A stretch of 57,015 nt of DNA, taken from a virus. Below are positions 9,341 through 17,962 of this stretch, in pieces. The stretch lies in the IMG/VR virus record IMGVR_UViG_3300046170_000256; one strand, 5' to 3'. The notes below the pieces were generated by a model. The model was not told the origin of the DNA. It was given only the letters and a program-made list of their open reading frames with translations, and searched no databases. A program made the position numbers and the translations under genes. Each line of letters begins with the position of its first letter. Positions within the stretch are counted from its first letter, which is position 1.

Positions 9341-9599
9341 ATACTATGAAGAACTTGACCGGCGAGTACAGGGCAAGTTCCCAGAATACTTTGGTGAAGA
9401 GAGTAGTGGCTCGACCTATGACTCCGAGAGTAAGGTCTCCTCGACTTCCCGAAGCCCCTCCGTGGTGGTGGCTCCTTCCGCAAGGAACAATGGCGCCAAA
9501 CCACGCAAAGTGAGGTTGAGCCGCACCCAAGTCGCACTCGCTAAGCGTCTTGGTCTTACACCCGAACAATATGCCAACCAATTACTCAAGGAGAGATAA
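9321..9599 (+). CDS. Scaffold C-terminal-like segment in the +1 frame (no ATG, only TTG without a spaced SD)
   Basis: 92-aa ORF with no internal Met. C-terminal RLGLTPEQYANQLL helix-turn-helix-like tail. Probably expressed as a fusion with 8543-9340. Confidence 0.45.
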   Translation: MTQEGDEYYEELDRRVQGKFPEYFGEESSGSTYDSESKVSSTSRSPSVVVAPSARNNGAKPRKVRLSRTQVALAKRLGLTPEQYANQLLKER

Positions 9600-9601
9600 T
9601 C

Positions 9602-10054
9602 ATGGCAGAAGAGCGCACAAAGCGGGATACACAGGCCCGTGAGGAAGATCAACGTCCGTCAGATTCATGGATGCCTGCGTCCGTGCTACCGACCCCCGAG
9701 CCACAGGATGGCTGGGTATTTCGGTGGGTACGAACCAGCACCTTGGGTCACGCAGACAACACCAATGTCTCTCAGAAGTTTAGGGAAGGATGGGTACCAG
9801 TGAAGGCTGAAGACCATCAAGAGCTAAATGTAATGTCAGACATTGACTCTCGTTTTGAAGGCAACATCGAGATCGGAGGCTTATTGCTATGCAAGGCGCC
9901 CGAGACCAAGATGAAGGCCCGCGAAGAGCATTTCCAACAAATGGCATCTAACCAGATGGAGTCTGTGGATAACAACTTCCTCAAGCAAAACGATCCCCGA
10001 ATGCCCGTTCTGAATCCAGAGCGGTCTACTCGGACAACCTTTGGCCGCAACTAG
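9602..10054 (+). CDS. Hypothetical head-module protein
   Basis: 150-aa ORF, placed by position only. Confidence 0.55.
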   Translation: MAEERTKRDTQAREEDQRPSDSWMPASVLPTPEPQDGWVFRWVRTSTLGHADNTNVSQKFREGWVPVKAEDHQELNVMSDIDSRFEGNIEIGGLLLCKAPETKMKAREEHFQQMASNQMESVDNNFLKQNDPRMPVLNPERSTRTTFGRN

Positions 10055-10097
10055 CCTAATAAGGCAAAGCGGCTGTTAACTTTTAAGGAGATAGGAT

Positions 10098-10685
10098 ATG
10101 GCTACTACAGCTACTCCAATGGGTGCAGAACCCGTAGGTACGCTAAGTGCCTCCGGTTCCTTCACCGGGAAAGTCCGTCATATTAAAATTGCCTCTGGCT
10201 ATGCCACTGGCGTTTTTTATGGTGACTTTGTAAAACTGGTTGCTACGGGAACAGTAGAGAAGGCGGCGGTTACGACTGCGGCTGTTGCTGGAACTGTTGG
10301 CGTGTTCTGTGGTTGTTCTTACACAGATCCCGGCACTGGTCAACCAACCTTTAGCCAAAGCTGGCCTGCGTCAACTGTAGCATCTGATGCTATGGCTTAC
10401 GTCTGTGATGACCCCAAGCTCTTGATGCAAATGCAAGGCGACGGATCTATCGCTCAGACTGGTCTTGGTAACAACGTAAAAGCAATTAGCACTGCTGGCT
10501 CCACAGCTATCGGTCGCAGTAAGAATGCACTTGATGCTTCTACAATTGCTACCACTAACACGTTCCCACTCCGCATCGTAGACTTTGTTGACGGGCCTGA
10601 CAGTGCTGTAGGTGATTCTTTCACCGACTGTATTGTTACTTGGTTACCCGGAAGCCACGCATACGATACGGCACTTGGCGTTTAA
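10098..10685 (+). CDS. Putative capsid decoration/cement or second head protein
   Basis: 195 aa, strong SD AAGGAG, immediately upstream of the capsid gene. Function inferred from position only. Confidence 0.35.
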   Translation: MATTATPMGAEPVGTLSASGSFTGKVRHIKIASGYATGVFYGDFVKLVATGTVEKAAVTTAAVAGTVGVFCGCSYTDPGTGQPTFSQSWPASTVASDAMAYVCDDPKLLMQMQGDGSIAQTGLGNNVKAISTAGSTAIGRSKNALDASTIATTNTFPLRIVDFVDGPDSAVGDSFTDCIVTWLPGSHAYDTALGV

Positions 10686-10698
10686 GGAGGCATAAACA

Positions 10699-11607
10699 AT
10701 GGCTATTTCACGCGCACAAATGCTGAAAGAGCTTTTACCCGGCCTGAACGCCTTGTTCGGTCTGGAGTATGAGCGTTACGACGATGAGCACACGATGATT
10801 TACGAAACTGAATCATCCGAGCGTTCGTTTGAAGAAGAAGTGAAGTTGTCTGGATTCGGTGCCGCACCGGTCAAAGCTGAAGGCGCCGCCATCAGTTACG
10901 ACTCAGCACAAGAATCCTTCACTGCTCGCTATAACCACGAAACTATCGCCCTCGGCTTCTCGATCACTGAGGAAGCTATGGAAGATAACTTGTATGACTC
11001 TTTGTCTGCTCGTTACACCAAGGCGCTGGCTCGTGCTATGGCTCACACCAAGCAGGTTAAGTCGGCAAATCCGCTTAACGACGGCTTTACGTCTTACAAC
11101 TCTGGTGACGGCGTAACGCTGTTCAGCACGGCTCACCCGCTAGTAAACGGTGGCACTAACGCTAACCGTCCTGCTGTTGCGGCTGATCTGAATGAGACCT
11201 CTTTGGAAGATGCAGTGATTAACATCGCGGCGTTTACCGATGAGCGTGGTCTGCTGATCGCGGCACGTCCTCGTCGTCTGATCGTTCCACCCTCGCTCCA
11301 GTTTGTAGCAACTCGATTGCTTGAAACTGAAGGTCGGGTTGGTACGGCTGACAACGACATCAACGCCCTTCGTAACAACGGGTCAATCCCAGAAGGCTAC
11401 TCAGTCAATCACTTCTTGACTGATACCAATGCCTTCTTCTTGATTACCGACGTACCGAACGGCATGAAGCACTTCAACAGAACAGCGTTGGAGACTTCAA
11501 TGGACGGCGACTTTGATACTGGCAACGTCCGGTACAAGGCTCGTGAGCGATACAGCTTCGGCGTATCAGATCCTCTGGGAATCTACGGATCACCCGGCAC
11601 GTCCTGA
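10699..11607 (+). CDS. Major capsid protein (HK97-fold type presumed)
   Basis: 302 aa, SD AAGGAGG, followed by a strong terminator. Size and position are typical of a major capsid protein. Confidence 0.6.
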   Translation: MAISRAQMLKELLPGLNALFGLEYERYDDEHTMIYETESSERSFEEEVKLSGFGAAPVKAEGAAISYDSAQESFTARYNHETIALGFSITEEAMEDNLYDSLSARYTKALARAMAHTKQVKSANPLNDGFTSYNSGDGVTLFSTAHPLVNGGTNANRPAVAADLNETSLEDAVINIAAFTDERGLLIAARPRRLIVPPSLQFVATRLLETEGRVGTADNDINALRNNGSIPEGYSVNHFLTDTNAFFLITDVPNGMKHFNRTALETSMDGDFDTGNVRYKARERYSFGVSDPLGIYGSPGTS

Positions 11608-11614
11608 TAAATAC

Positions 11615-11634
11615 GGGGGCTTCGGCCCCCTTTT
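11615..11634 (+). terminator. Rho-independent terminator GGGGGC-UUCG-GCCCCC + UUUU
   Basis: Perfect 6-bp GC stem, UUCG tetraloop and T-run, 8 nt after the capsid stop. Confidence 0.8.
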
Positions 11635-11691
11635 CCCCTGACTGATGTTCCATGTGGAACACTCAGACACTTGCCAAGACAGGAGATTGAC

Positions 11692-11907
11692 ATGGCTAAC
11701 ACAACATTTGATGGACCAGTTCGGTCACAAAACGGATTTCAAGACATCAGCAAAGCGTCTGGAACCGGAACCGTTACTGAGAACATCTCTATTTCACACG
11801 ACGGAACTAACAGCGTTGTAATTTTCAAGGATCTGCCAACCTCTGATCCATCGGTTGCCGGCCAGCTTTATAGCAATTCTGGTGTGCTGACTGTATCTGC
11901 GGGTTAA
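11692..11907 (+). CDS. Small virion-module protein
   Basis: ATG 11692 with AGGAG upstream, 71 aa, bracketed by twin terminators. Confidence 0.55.
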   Translation: MANTTFDGPVRSQNGFQDISKASGTGTVTENISISHDGTNSVVIFKDLPTSDPSVAGQLYSNSGVLTVSAG

Positions 11908-11912
11908 TTATT

Positions 11913-11930
11913 GGGGCTTCGGCCCCCTTT
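11913..11930 (+). terminator. Second terminator GGGGC-UUCG-GCCCC + CUUU
   Basis: Same stem-loop core as 11615-11634. Lies inside the TTG-extended ORF 11911, which argues for the 11944 start. Confidence 0.7.
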
Positions 11931-11943
11931 ATTGGAGGATACA

Positions 11944-12351
11944 ATGGCTGACGCAGTTACCAGTCAAACAATCCAAGACGGTGCTCGAAAAGCTGTCTTG
12001 AAGTTTACGAATATTAGCGATGGGACCGGAGAGGCCGCTGTCGTGAAGGTTGACGTATCCGCGCTCAGCGCAGACCCGATGAGCAAGTCTGCTTGCACCG
12101 GAGTCAACATAGAGTCTATTCGATATTCAACTATCGGGATGGGCATTAAGATTTTTTATGATGCAACATCTGACGCATTGGTTTGGGAAATCCCTGCCGA
12201 TTACTCAGATACTGTTGACTTCTCAGACGTAAGTGGAATCCCCAACAACGCAGGCTCAGGCAAGACCGGAGACGTATCTTTTACTACGGTTGGCGCTGGT
12301 GCTGGTGATGTGTACACCGTTGTCTTGACGGTTATTAAGCAGTACAGCTAA
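11944..12351 (+). CDS. Hypothetical virion-module protein
   Basis: ATG 11944 preceded by GGAGG, 135 aa. Confidence 0.6.
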   Translation: MADAVTSQTIQDGARKAVLKFTNISDGTGEAAVVKVDVSALSADPMSKSACTGVNIESIRYSTIGMGIKIFYDATSDALVWEIPADYSDTVDFSDVSGIPNNAGSGKTGDVSFTTVGAGAGDVYTVVLTVIKQYS

Positions 12352-12554
12352 TGCGGATTTACTACAAGTCGGGCGGCAAAACGAAGTCAAAGGTTAACGA
12401 GGCCGGGAACTACACCAAGCCGACCATGAGGAAGCGCCTGTTCAGTCAGATAAAATCTGGCGGCAAGGGCGGCAGTCCCGGTCAGTGGAGTGCCCGTAAA
12501 GCGCAAATGCTAGCCAAGCAGTACAAGGCAAAAGGCGGAGGCTACAAAGACTGA
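12351..12554 (+). CDS. Small lysine-rich basic protein 1
   Basis: 67 aa, GGKGGSPGQWSARKAQMLAKQYKAKGGGYK, ATGA-type coupling. Confidence 0.6.
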   Translation: MRIYYKSGGKTKSKVNEAGNYTKPTMRKRLFSQIKSGGKGGSPGQWSARKAQMLAKQYKAKGGGYKD

Positions 12555-12805
12555 TGGCGCTGAAGAAGTCGCAGAAGTCACTGAAGAGCTGGACCAAGCA
12601 GAAGTGGCGCACTAAGTCCGGTAAGCCTAGCACCCAAGGCAAGAAGGCTACGGGAGAGCGATATCTACCTGAAAAGGCGATCAAGTCGCTAAGCGCAAAA
12701 GAGTATGCGGCGACCAGCAGAAAGAAAAAAGCGGATACCAAGAAGGGCAAGCAGTTCTCAAGCCAACCAAAAAAGGTGGCCAAGAAGACAGCGAGGCACA
12801 GGTAA
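12554..12805 (+). CDS. Small lysine-rich basic protein 2
   Basis: 83 aa, about 30 percent K/R, coupled start and stop. Confidence 0.6.
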   Translation: MALKKSQKSLKSWTKQKWRTKSGKPSTQGKKATGERYLPEKAIKSLSAKEYAATSRKKKADTKKGKQFSSQPKKVAKKTARHR

Positions 12806-13068
12806 TGGCGACCAAGAAGCCGGCGAAAGGCAAGGCCAAAGTCAAAGTCACATCTACTGGCAAGAAGGTCAGTTACGGTCAGGCGGGCAAGGCTAAAGGT
12901 GGTGGTGCTAGGGTAAAGCCCGGAACCAGCAAGGGCGATAGCTACTGCGCTCGCTCTCTAGGAATCAAGAAGCGACTGTCTAAGGACAAGCAAAACGACC
13001 CCAATACACCTAACAACCTCTCCCGTAAGCGGTGGAAGTGCTCTGGTGCCAAGTCTAAGCGAAAGTAG
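12805..13068 (+). CDS. Small lysine-rich basic protein 3
   Basis: 87 aa, KKPAKGKAKVKV..., coupled start. Confidence 0.6.
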   Translation: MATKKPAKGKAKVKVTSTGKKVSYGQAGKAKGGGARVKPGTSKGDSYCARSLGIKKRLSKDKQNDPNTPNNLSRKRWKCSGAKSKRK

Positions 13069-13070
13069 TT

Positions 13071-13172
13071 ATGCCGATTAGTCGAGCACAAACAGGTAAG
13101 CAAGTAAAAAATGCCCCAGCCTCCAGAAAGGCAAAGGTCAAGACTAACAAGAGTAAGAGGAAGAAGGCGTAA
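13071..13172 (+). CDS. Unlisted 33-aa lysine-rich micro-ORF (MPISRAQTGKQVKNAPASRKAKVKTNKSKRKKA)
   Basis: Hand translation. ATG is 2 nt after the upstream TAG, and its TAA overlaps the next ATG (13172), so it fills the gap exactly. Confidence 0.45.
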   Translation: MPISRAQTGKQVKNAPASRKAKVKTNKSKRKKA

Positions 13173-13867
13173 TGGCGACAAGCGGCACAACCAGCTTTAC
13201 TCTTGACCTGTCAGACATCATGGAAGAGGCGTATGAGCGGGCAGGTCTGGAGCTTCGTGATGGGTATGATTACCGGACTGCTCGTCGGAGCATTGATCTG
13301 CTTATGCTTGAGTGGCAAAACAGGGGTCTTAACCTCTGGACGGTACAGAATACCACGCTGGCTCTTGTGGCAGGAACGTCATCATACGACCTTGATGCTG
13401 ACAAGTTAGACATAATTGAGGGCTTGCTTCGTACAGACGCTGGTGACCCAGCAAAGCAGTCCGACCTTACAATGCAAAGAATTTCGGTGAGCCAGTACGC
13501 TCATCAGACCAACAAGCTAACTCAGGGCCGACCGTTGCAGTATTATGTTCAGCGGAAGCCAACCGGTATAACCATCCATGTTTGGCCAACGCCTGACGCT
13601 ACGCAGACGTATACCTTTGCGTACTACTATATGGACCGGATAGAAGATACAGGCAGTCCCGCATCAAACAACATGGATGTGCCGGCAAGGTTCTTGCCTT
13701 GTTTGGTTGCGGGGCTTGCCTACCAGATTGCCAGCAAGAAGCCAGAAGCGATGCAGTTAGCTCCTGCACTGAAGCAGGTGTACGAGGAGCAGTGGGCATT
13801 AGCGGCAGACGCGGCCCGCGAAAAAGCATCTTTGTACATGTCTCCGGGTGGCTATAACAACTTATGA
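13172..13867 (+). CDS. Putative head-tail adaptor/connector protein
   Basis: 231 aa, placed by position after the head genes only. Confidence 0.3.
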   Translation: MATSGTTSFTLDLSDIMEEAYERAGLELRDGYDYRTARRSIDLLMLEWQNRGLNLWTVQNTTLALVAGTSSYDLDADKLDIIEGLLRTDAGDPAKQSDLTMQRISVSQYAHQTNKLTQGRPLQYYVQRKPTGITIHVWPTPDATQTYTFAYYYMDRIEDTGSPASNNMDVPARFLPCLVAGLAYQIASKKPEAMQLAPALKQVYEEQWALAADAAREKASLYMSPGGYNNL

Positions 13868-14634
13868 GTAGCTATGTTACTGGCAAGAAAGCCTACGGGT
13901 TTTGCGACAGAACAGGCTTTCGATATCCATTACGGGACTTGGTGCGTCAGATAGAAGATGGCCGCTGGAATGGATTGTTAGTTGGTCGGGATGTGGTAGA
14001 TCAAGACCAGCCCCAACTTAAACTGGGAGATATTAATGCAAGCGATGCACAAGCTCTTAGGTTTCCTCGGCCTGACAACGGACTTGACGAAAGCCGCGCT
14101 CTCTTTGCTTGGAACCCCGTGGGTGGTGGCGATACTGCTTTCGGTAGCCGCACTGTTGGCCTTGACATATCAGGTCTGGTTGGGCGTGTAAGCGTTGAGG
14201 TATCTGTACCCGCCCCGACAGGCGACGTAACTGTCTACCCTACGGGGGTTGCCGGCGATGTGGCCGCAAACGGGGTCACAGTGGCCGCAGACACCATAAC
14301 TAGTTACGCGATAACAGTTAGCAATCCCGGCTCAGGCAACAAGTATTATCAAGACGGGTCATTGCCGGGGGCTGGCGGGGTAAATATCAATGAAGGTAGC
14401 ACTTACCGCTATGATCAGTCTGACAATAGTAACTCTGGTCACCCACTTCGCTTCTCAACAACAGTGGATGGGACACATGCAGGTGGATCAGCATACACGA
14501 CTGGCGTGACATACGTTGGGACACCGGGAAGTGCCGGTGCCTACACACAGATTGTGGTGGCAGTAGGCGCCCCAACACTCTACACATACTGTAGTGTCCA
14601 CAGCGGCATGGGTTATCGGGTAAACACACTATGA
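13864..14634 (+). CDS. Hypothetical virion protein
   Basis: 256-aa coupled ORF. Confidence 0.55.
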   Translation: MSSYVTGKKAYGFCDRTGFRYPLRDLVRQIEDGRWNGLLVGRDVVDQDQPQLKLGDINASDAQALRFPRPDNGLDESRALFAWNPVGGGDTAFGSRTVGLDISGLVGRVSVEVSVPAPTGDVTVYPTGVAGDVAANGVTVAADTITSYAITVSNPGSGNKYYQDGSLPGAGGVNINEGSTYRYDQSDNSNSGHPLRFSTTVDGTHAGGSAYTTGVTYVGTPGSAGAYTQIVVAVGAPTLYTYCSVHSGMGYRVNTL

Positions 14635-15272
14635 GCTTTACATATACGACGCTAAAGCAAGCGATTCAGGACTATGTAGAGTCCAGTGAAACATCATTTG
14701 TTAATAATCTGCCAACCTTTATCCAGCAGGCGGAAGATAGAATACTAAAGCGGGTACAGCTTCCTGACTTCAGAAAGAATGTGACGGGTACCGTGGCGTC
14801 AGCCAACCCATACTTGATTATGCCTTCGGACTTCCTGACCCCATACTCTATGGCCATTGATGACTCTGGCTATGATTACCTGCTATTTAAAGACGTAAAC
14901 TTCATCAGGCAAGCATATCCTTCGTCGGCTACGCAGGCCGCTCCTAAGTATTACGGCATCTTTAGTGACACTTCTTTCATCGTTGGGCCGACTCCCGACA
15001 AGGCTTACGATGTAGAGCTTCATTACTTCCACAAGCCAGAGTCGATCACAACCTCATCAACAGGAACAAGCTGGTTGGGAGAGAATGCTGACTCAACACT
15101 ACTTTATGGTTGCTTGCTGGAAGCGTATACTTACCTTAAAGGTGACCCAGACCTGATGCAGTTGTATGGGGGTCGCTATGAGGAAGCCCTTGCGCGCCTT
15201 GAAGAGTTGGGCGAAGGCTACAGCACAACAGATAGCTACCGAGGTGGCGCAGTGAGGAAGCCTAGAACATAA
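14631..15272 (+). CDS. Hypothetical virion protein
   Basis: 213-aa coupled ORF. Confidence 0.55.
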   Translation: MSFTYTTLKQAIQDYVESSETSFVNNLPTFIQQAEDRILKRVQLPDFRKNVTGTVASANPYLIMPSDFLTPYSMAIDDSGYDYLLFKDVNFIRQAYPSSATQAAPKYYGIFSDTSFIVGPTPDKAYDVELHYFHKPESITTSSTGTSWLGENADSTLLYGCLLEAYTYLKGDPDLMQLYGGRYEEALARLEELGEGYSTTDSYRGGAVRKPRT

Positions 15273-15550
15273 TGTTGGATTTAGCGGTTGGTACGGTCGG
15301 GGTAAAAACTACGTCGGGCCGTGGCTTCAATCCTGACGAGGTGGCGGATCGTTGCCTCACTAAAATTATTCATGTATCTGATGATGCTGGACCTGCTGTT
15401 AAGGAGCAGGCCAAGGCATTTAAGGAGCAGATCCGGTCGGTGCTGGTCTTCTATATGAAGGAAGCAGTGAACAGCGACCGCACCACCGTATGCAACGCAC
15501 TCGCGGATGCAGGACAAAAAGACTTAGCTGAAATGATTAGGAGACTCTAA
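15272..15550 (+). CDS. Hypothetical protein
   Basis: 92-aa coupled ORF. Confidence 0.5.
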   Translation: MLDLAVGTVGVKTTSGRGFNPDEVADRCLTKIIHVSDDAGPAVKEQAKAFKEQIRSVLVFYMKEAVNSDRTTVCNALADAGQKDLAEMIRRL

Positions 15551-15551
15551 G

Positions 15552-15998
15552 ATGGCATTTACCGGTAACTATATGTGCACCTCTTTCAAGCAGGAATTGA
15601 TGGAAGGTAAGCACAACTTCACGAATGGGTCAGGCGACACGTTCAAGCTAGCCCTTTACACCAACAGTGCGACCTTTACTGCAAGCACGACTGACTATAC
15701 GGCTACTAACGAAATTAGCGGCACTGGCTACTCTGCTGGCGGCGGCACGTTAACAAACGTCACCCCCACCACGTCAGGCACCACCGCCCTAACTGACTTT
15801 GCAGACCTGACCTTTAGCTCGGCGACAATTACTGCCAGAGGCGCGCTAATCTACAACACTACGGCTGGCGCTGGAGCGGGTACGACGGACTCTGTTGTTG
15901 TCCTTGATTTTGGTGCTGACAAGACATCAAGTGCAGGCGACTTCACAATCATCTTCCCCACCGCTGACGCCTCTAACGCCATTATCAGGATTGCATAA
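15552..15998 (+). CDS. Hypothetical T/S/G/A-rich virion protein
   Basis: 148-aa ORF. Confidence 0.55.
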   Translation: MAFTGNYMCTSFKQELMEGKHNFTNGSGDTFKLALYTNSATFTASTTDYTATNEISGTGYSAGGGTLTNVTPTTSGTTALTDFADLTFSSATITARGALIYNTTAGAGAGTTDSVVVLDFGADKTSSAGDFTIIFPTADASNAIIRIA

Positions 15999-16000
15999 CG

Positions 16001-16741
16001 ATGGCCCTTGTTGTTGCTGATCGAGTAAAAGAGGTAACGACGACTACCGGCACGGGCGCAATATCTTTGGGTGGCGCTCAAGCTAACTTCGTTACCTTCT
16101 CCTCTGCGCTGTCAGACGGGGACACAACTTATTATGCGATTGTTGACAACGACAACATAGCGTATGAGGTGGGTCTCGGGACGTATGCGTCTTCTGGTAA
16201 CACGTTAACAAGAACCACAGTGCTTGATAGCTCTAACAGTGGGTCTGCCGTGTCTTTTGGTGCGGGCCAGAAAGACGTGTTTGTCACATACCCTGCGGAC
16301 AAGTCCGTATACGGGGACGCTACGGGGAATGTGGCCGTAACAAGTTTGACTGCGGCAGGGCTTGCCTATCCAACGTCTGATGGATCAACAGATCAGTTCC
16401 TAAAAACCAATGGATCAGGAACGCTGGCCTTTGCGGATGTGCCTGCTGGGATAGAGTCTACCTTCACGGTACAAACTTCAAACTTTACCTCCGTTGCAAG
16501 CGTTAGATACTACATCAGCACGGCTGGCGGGGCGGTGACCATGACGCTACCCGCCTCTCCAACTGCTGGGGATCAAGTTGCCTTTGTCGATTATACCGGC
16601 AATTTTGCTACGACGGCGGCGGTGCTTGGAAGAAACGGCAGTAACATTATGGGGTCTGCCTCAGACATGAACCTAGACGTGGACTACTTCTCAGGAACGG
16701 TAGAGTATGTAGACGCCACACAGGGCTGGAAACTAATATGA
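16001..16741 (+). CDS. Tail-fibre-like protein
   Basis: N-terminal VKEVTTTTGTGAISLGGA...YEVGLGTY...LTRTTVLDSSN, a pattern common in podophage fibre N-domains. Confidence 0.4.
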   Translation: MALVVADRVKEVTTTTGTGAISLGGAQANFVTFSSALSDGDTTYYAIVDNDNIAYEVGLGTYASSGNTLTRTTVLDSSNSGSAVSFGAGQKDVFVTYPADKSVYGDATGNVAVTSLTAAGLAYPTSDGSTDQFLKTNGSGTLAFADVPAGIESTFTVQTSNFTSVASVRYYISTAGGAVTMTLPASPTAGDQVAFVDYTGNFATTAAVLGRNGSNIMGSASDMNLDVDYFSGTVEYVDATQGWKLI

Positions 16742-17445
16742 GTAATCTAAAAGACTTTCTTGGCGGGCTTGATCCAGCCGTATGGACGGATGCAAAAGCA
16801 GGGTACTTAGACGCTAGTGTCAGTTCACGCGCCGCCGCATCAACAGCACTTACTAATGCGACATGGACAGATACTAAGGCTGGCTATATTGATGCAGGCA
16901 TCAGCACTAGGGCACCGTCATCAACAGCACTGTCAACCGCTACATGGACCAACGCCAGAGCAGGGAATCTAGACAACCTAGATGCGCCTATCAGTGGGGT
17001 TGGCGGATTGTCTAGTAATGTCTGGACAAACGCCAAGGCTGGTTACCTAGATACCAATATAAGCTCTAGAGCGCCATCGTCCACAGCGTTATCCTCTAAC
17101 GTATGGAGCACAACGTATCGCGACCGTATTGATACAAACGTATCTAGCCGATTAAGCTCTTGTAGCACTCAGCACCTCTTTACCAACACAGTGGTAAACA
17201 GCTCTAGCGACTACGACACATGGACGGTGTCTTCAATAAGTAAAGCCAAGTCTTTCTTGACCGGAATCAACATAACCGGTGCCGCTAATGCCGCTCAAGG
17301 TAACAACGCAAGAATTGTAAATAGCACAAATGTGCGTTATCTATCCGGCTATGTATATGGTGGCAGTTATTACGGAGGCAGTAGCTACACGTTTATGGGT
17401 AATAACGGATATAGAACTAACCTTGATTTAGTCAACATAAGCTAG
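16738..17445 (+). CDS. Repeat-containing fibre-like protein
   Basis: About four 22-aa repeats W(T/S)(D/N)AKAGY(L/I)D..(V/I)S(S/T)RA.(A/S)STAL. Confidence 0.45.
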   Translation: MSNLKDFLGGLDPAVWTDAKAGYLDASVSSRAAASTALTNATWTDTKAGYIDAGISTRAPSSTALSTATWTNARAGNLDNLDAPISGVGGLSSNVWTNAKAGYLDTNISSRAPSSTALSSNVWSTTYRDRIDTNVSSRLSSCSTQHLFTNTVVNSSSDYDTWTVSSISKAKSFLTGINITGAANAAQGNNARIVNSTNVRYLSGYVYGGSYYGGSSYTFMGNNGYRTNLDLVNIS

Positions 17446-17454
17446 GACTATCGT
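17442..17454 (+). promoter_or_regulatory. CTAGGACTATCGT motif copy (also supplies the stop TAG and an AGGA SD)
   Basis: Lies directly upstream of ATG 17456. Confidence 0.4.
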
Positions 17455-17455
17455 T

Positions 17456-17947
17456 ATGTTATTTTTTATAAAAGCAAAAGACAGCGGGCTTCTGGTAGGG
17501 TATACGGAGACGCTTGATGCTACTCCTGCTGAAGTGGATAGTAATTATGTGGCGTGGAGCAATATCCCCGTTAGTCCTCCTTTTGCCTCTGAACAAGATG
17601 CTGTGGTTAGGCTAGAAGAAGTTATAGGCAAGGTGCTTGATGATCAAGGACTAACAGATCCGCCCCCTCCAGAGCCTTTTTATATAAACGGAATGTCTGT
17701 TTTGCAGTTTAGGGGTAGATTTACTGTGAGTGAGAAGTCGGCAATTTACTCGTCAACCGACGTTGGCGTTAAAATTATACTGGATGACTTGAATGCGGCT
17801 TCTTTTATAAGCGTTGCAGATCCTGCGACAATTCAAGCGGTGGACTACTTTATTTCTGCTTCTCTGATTGATCCGGGCAGACGGTCAGACTTACTAGCTC
17901 AAGTGGAAGCTACGGAAGATACGCCCGTGGAATACTACGCTCCTTAA
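17456..17947 (+). CDS. Hypothetical protein (accessory island)
   Basis: 163-aa ORF in a locally AT-richer stretch. Confidence 0.55.
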   Translation: MLFFIKAKDSGLLVGYTETLDATPAEVDSNYVAWSNIPVSPPFASEQDAVVRLEEVIGKVLDDQGLTDPPPPEPFYINGMSVLQFRGRFTVSEKSAIYSSTDVGVKIILDDLNAASFISVADPATIQAVDYFISASLIDPGRRSDLLAQVEATEDTPVEYYAP

Positions 17948-17962
17948 AGCCGGGCACTTTAA

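Noticed and set aside
9045-9581. 178-aa antisense ORF over the scaffold genes
   Set aside because: No SD, opposite to a 40-kb co-directional operon, and an implausible composition.
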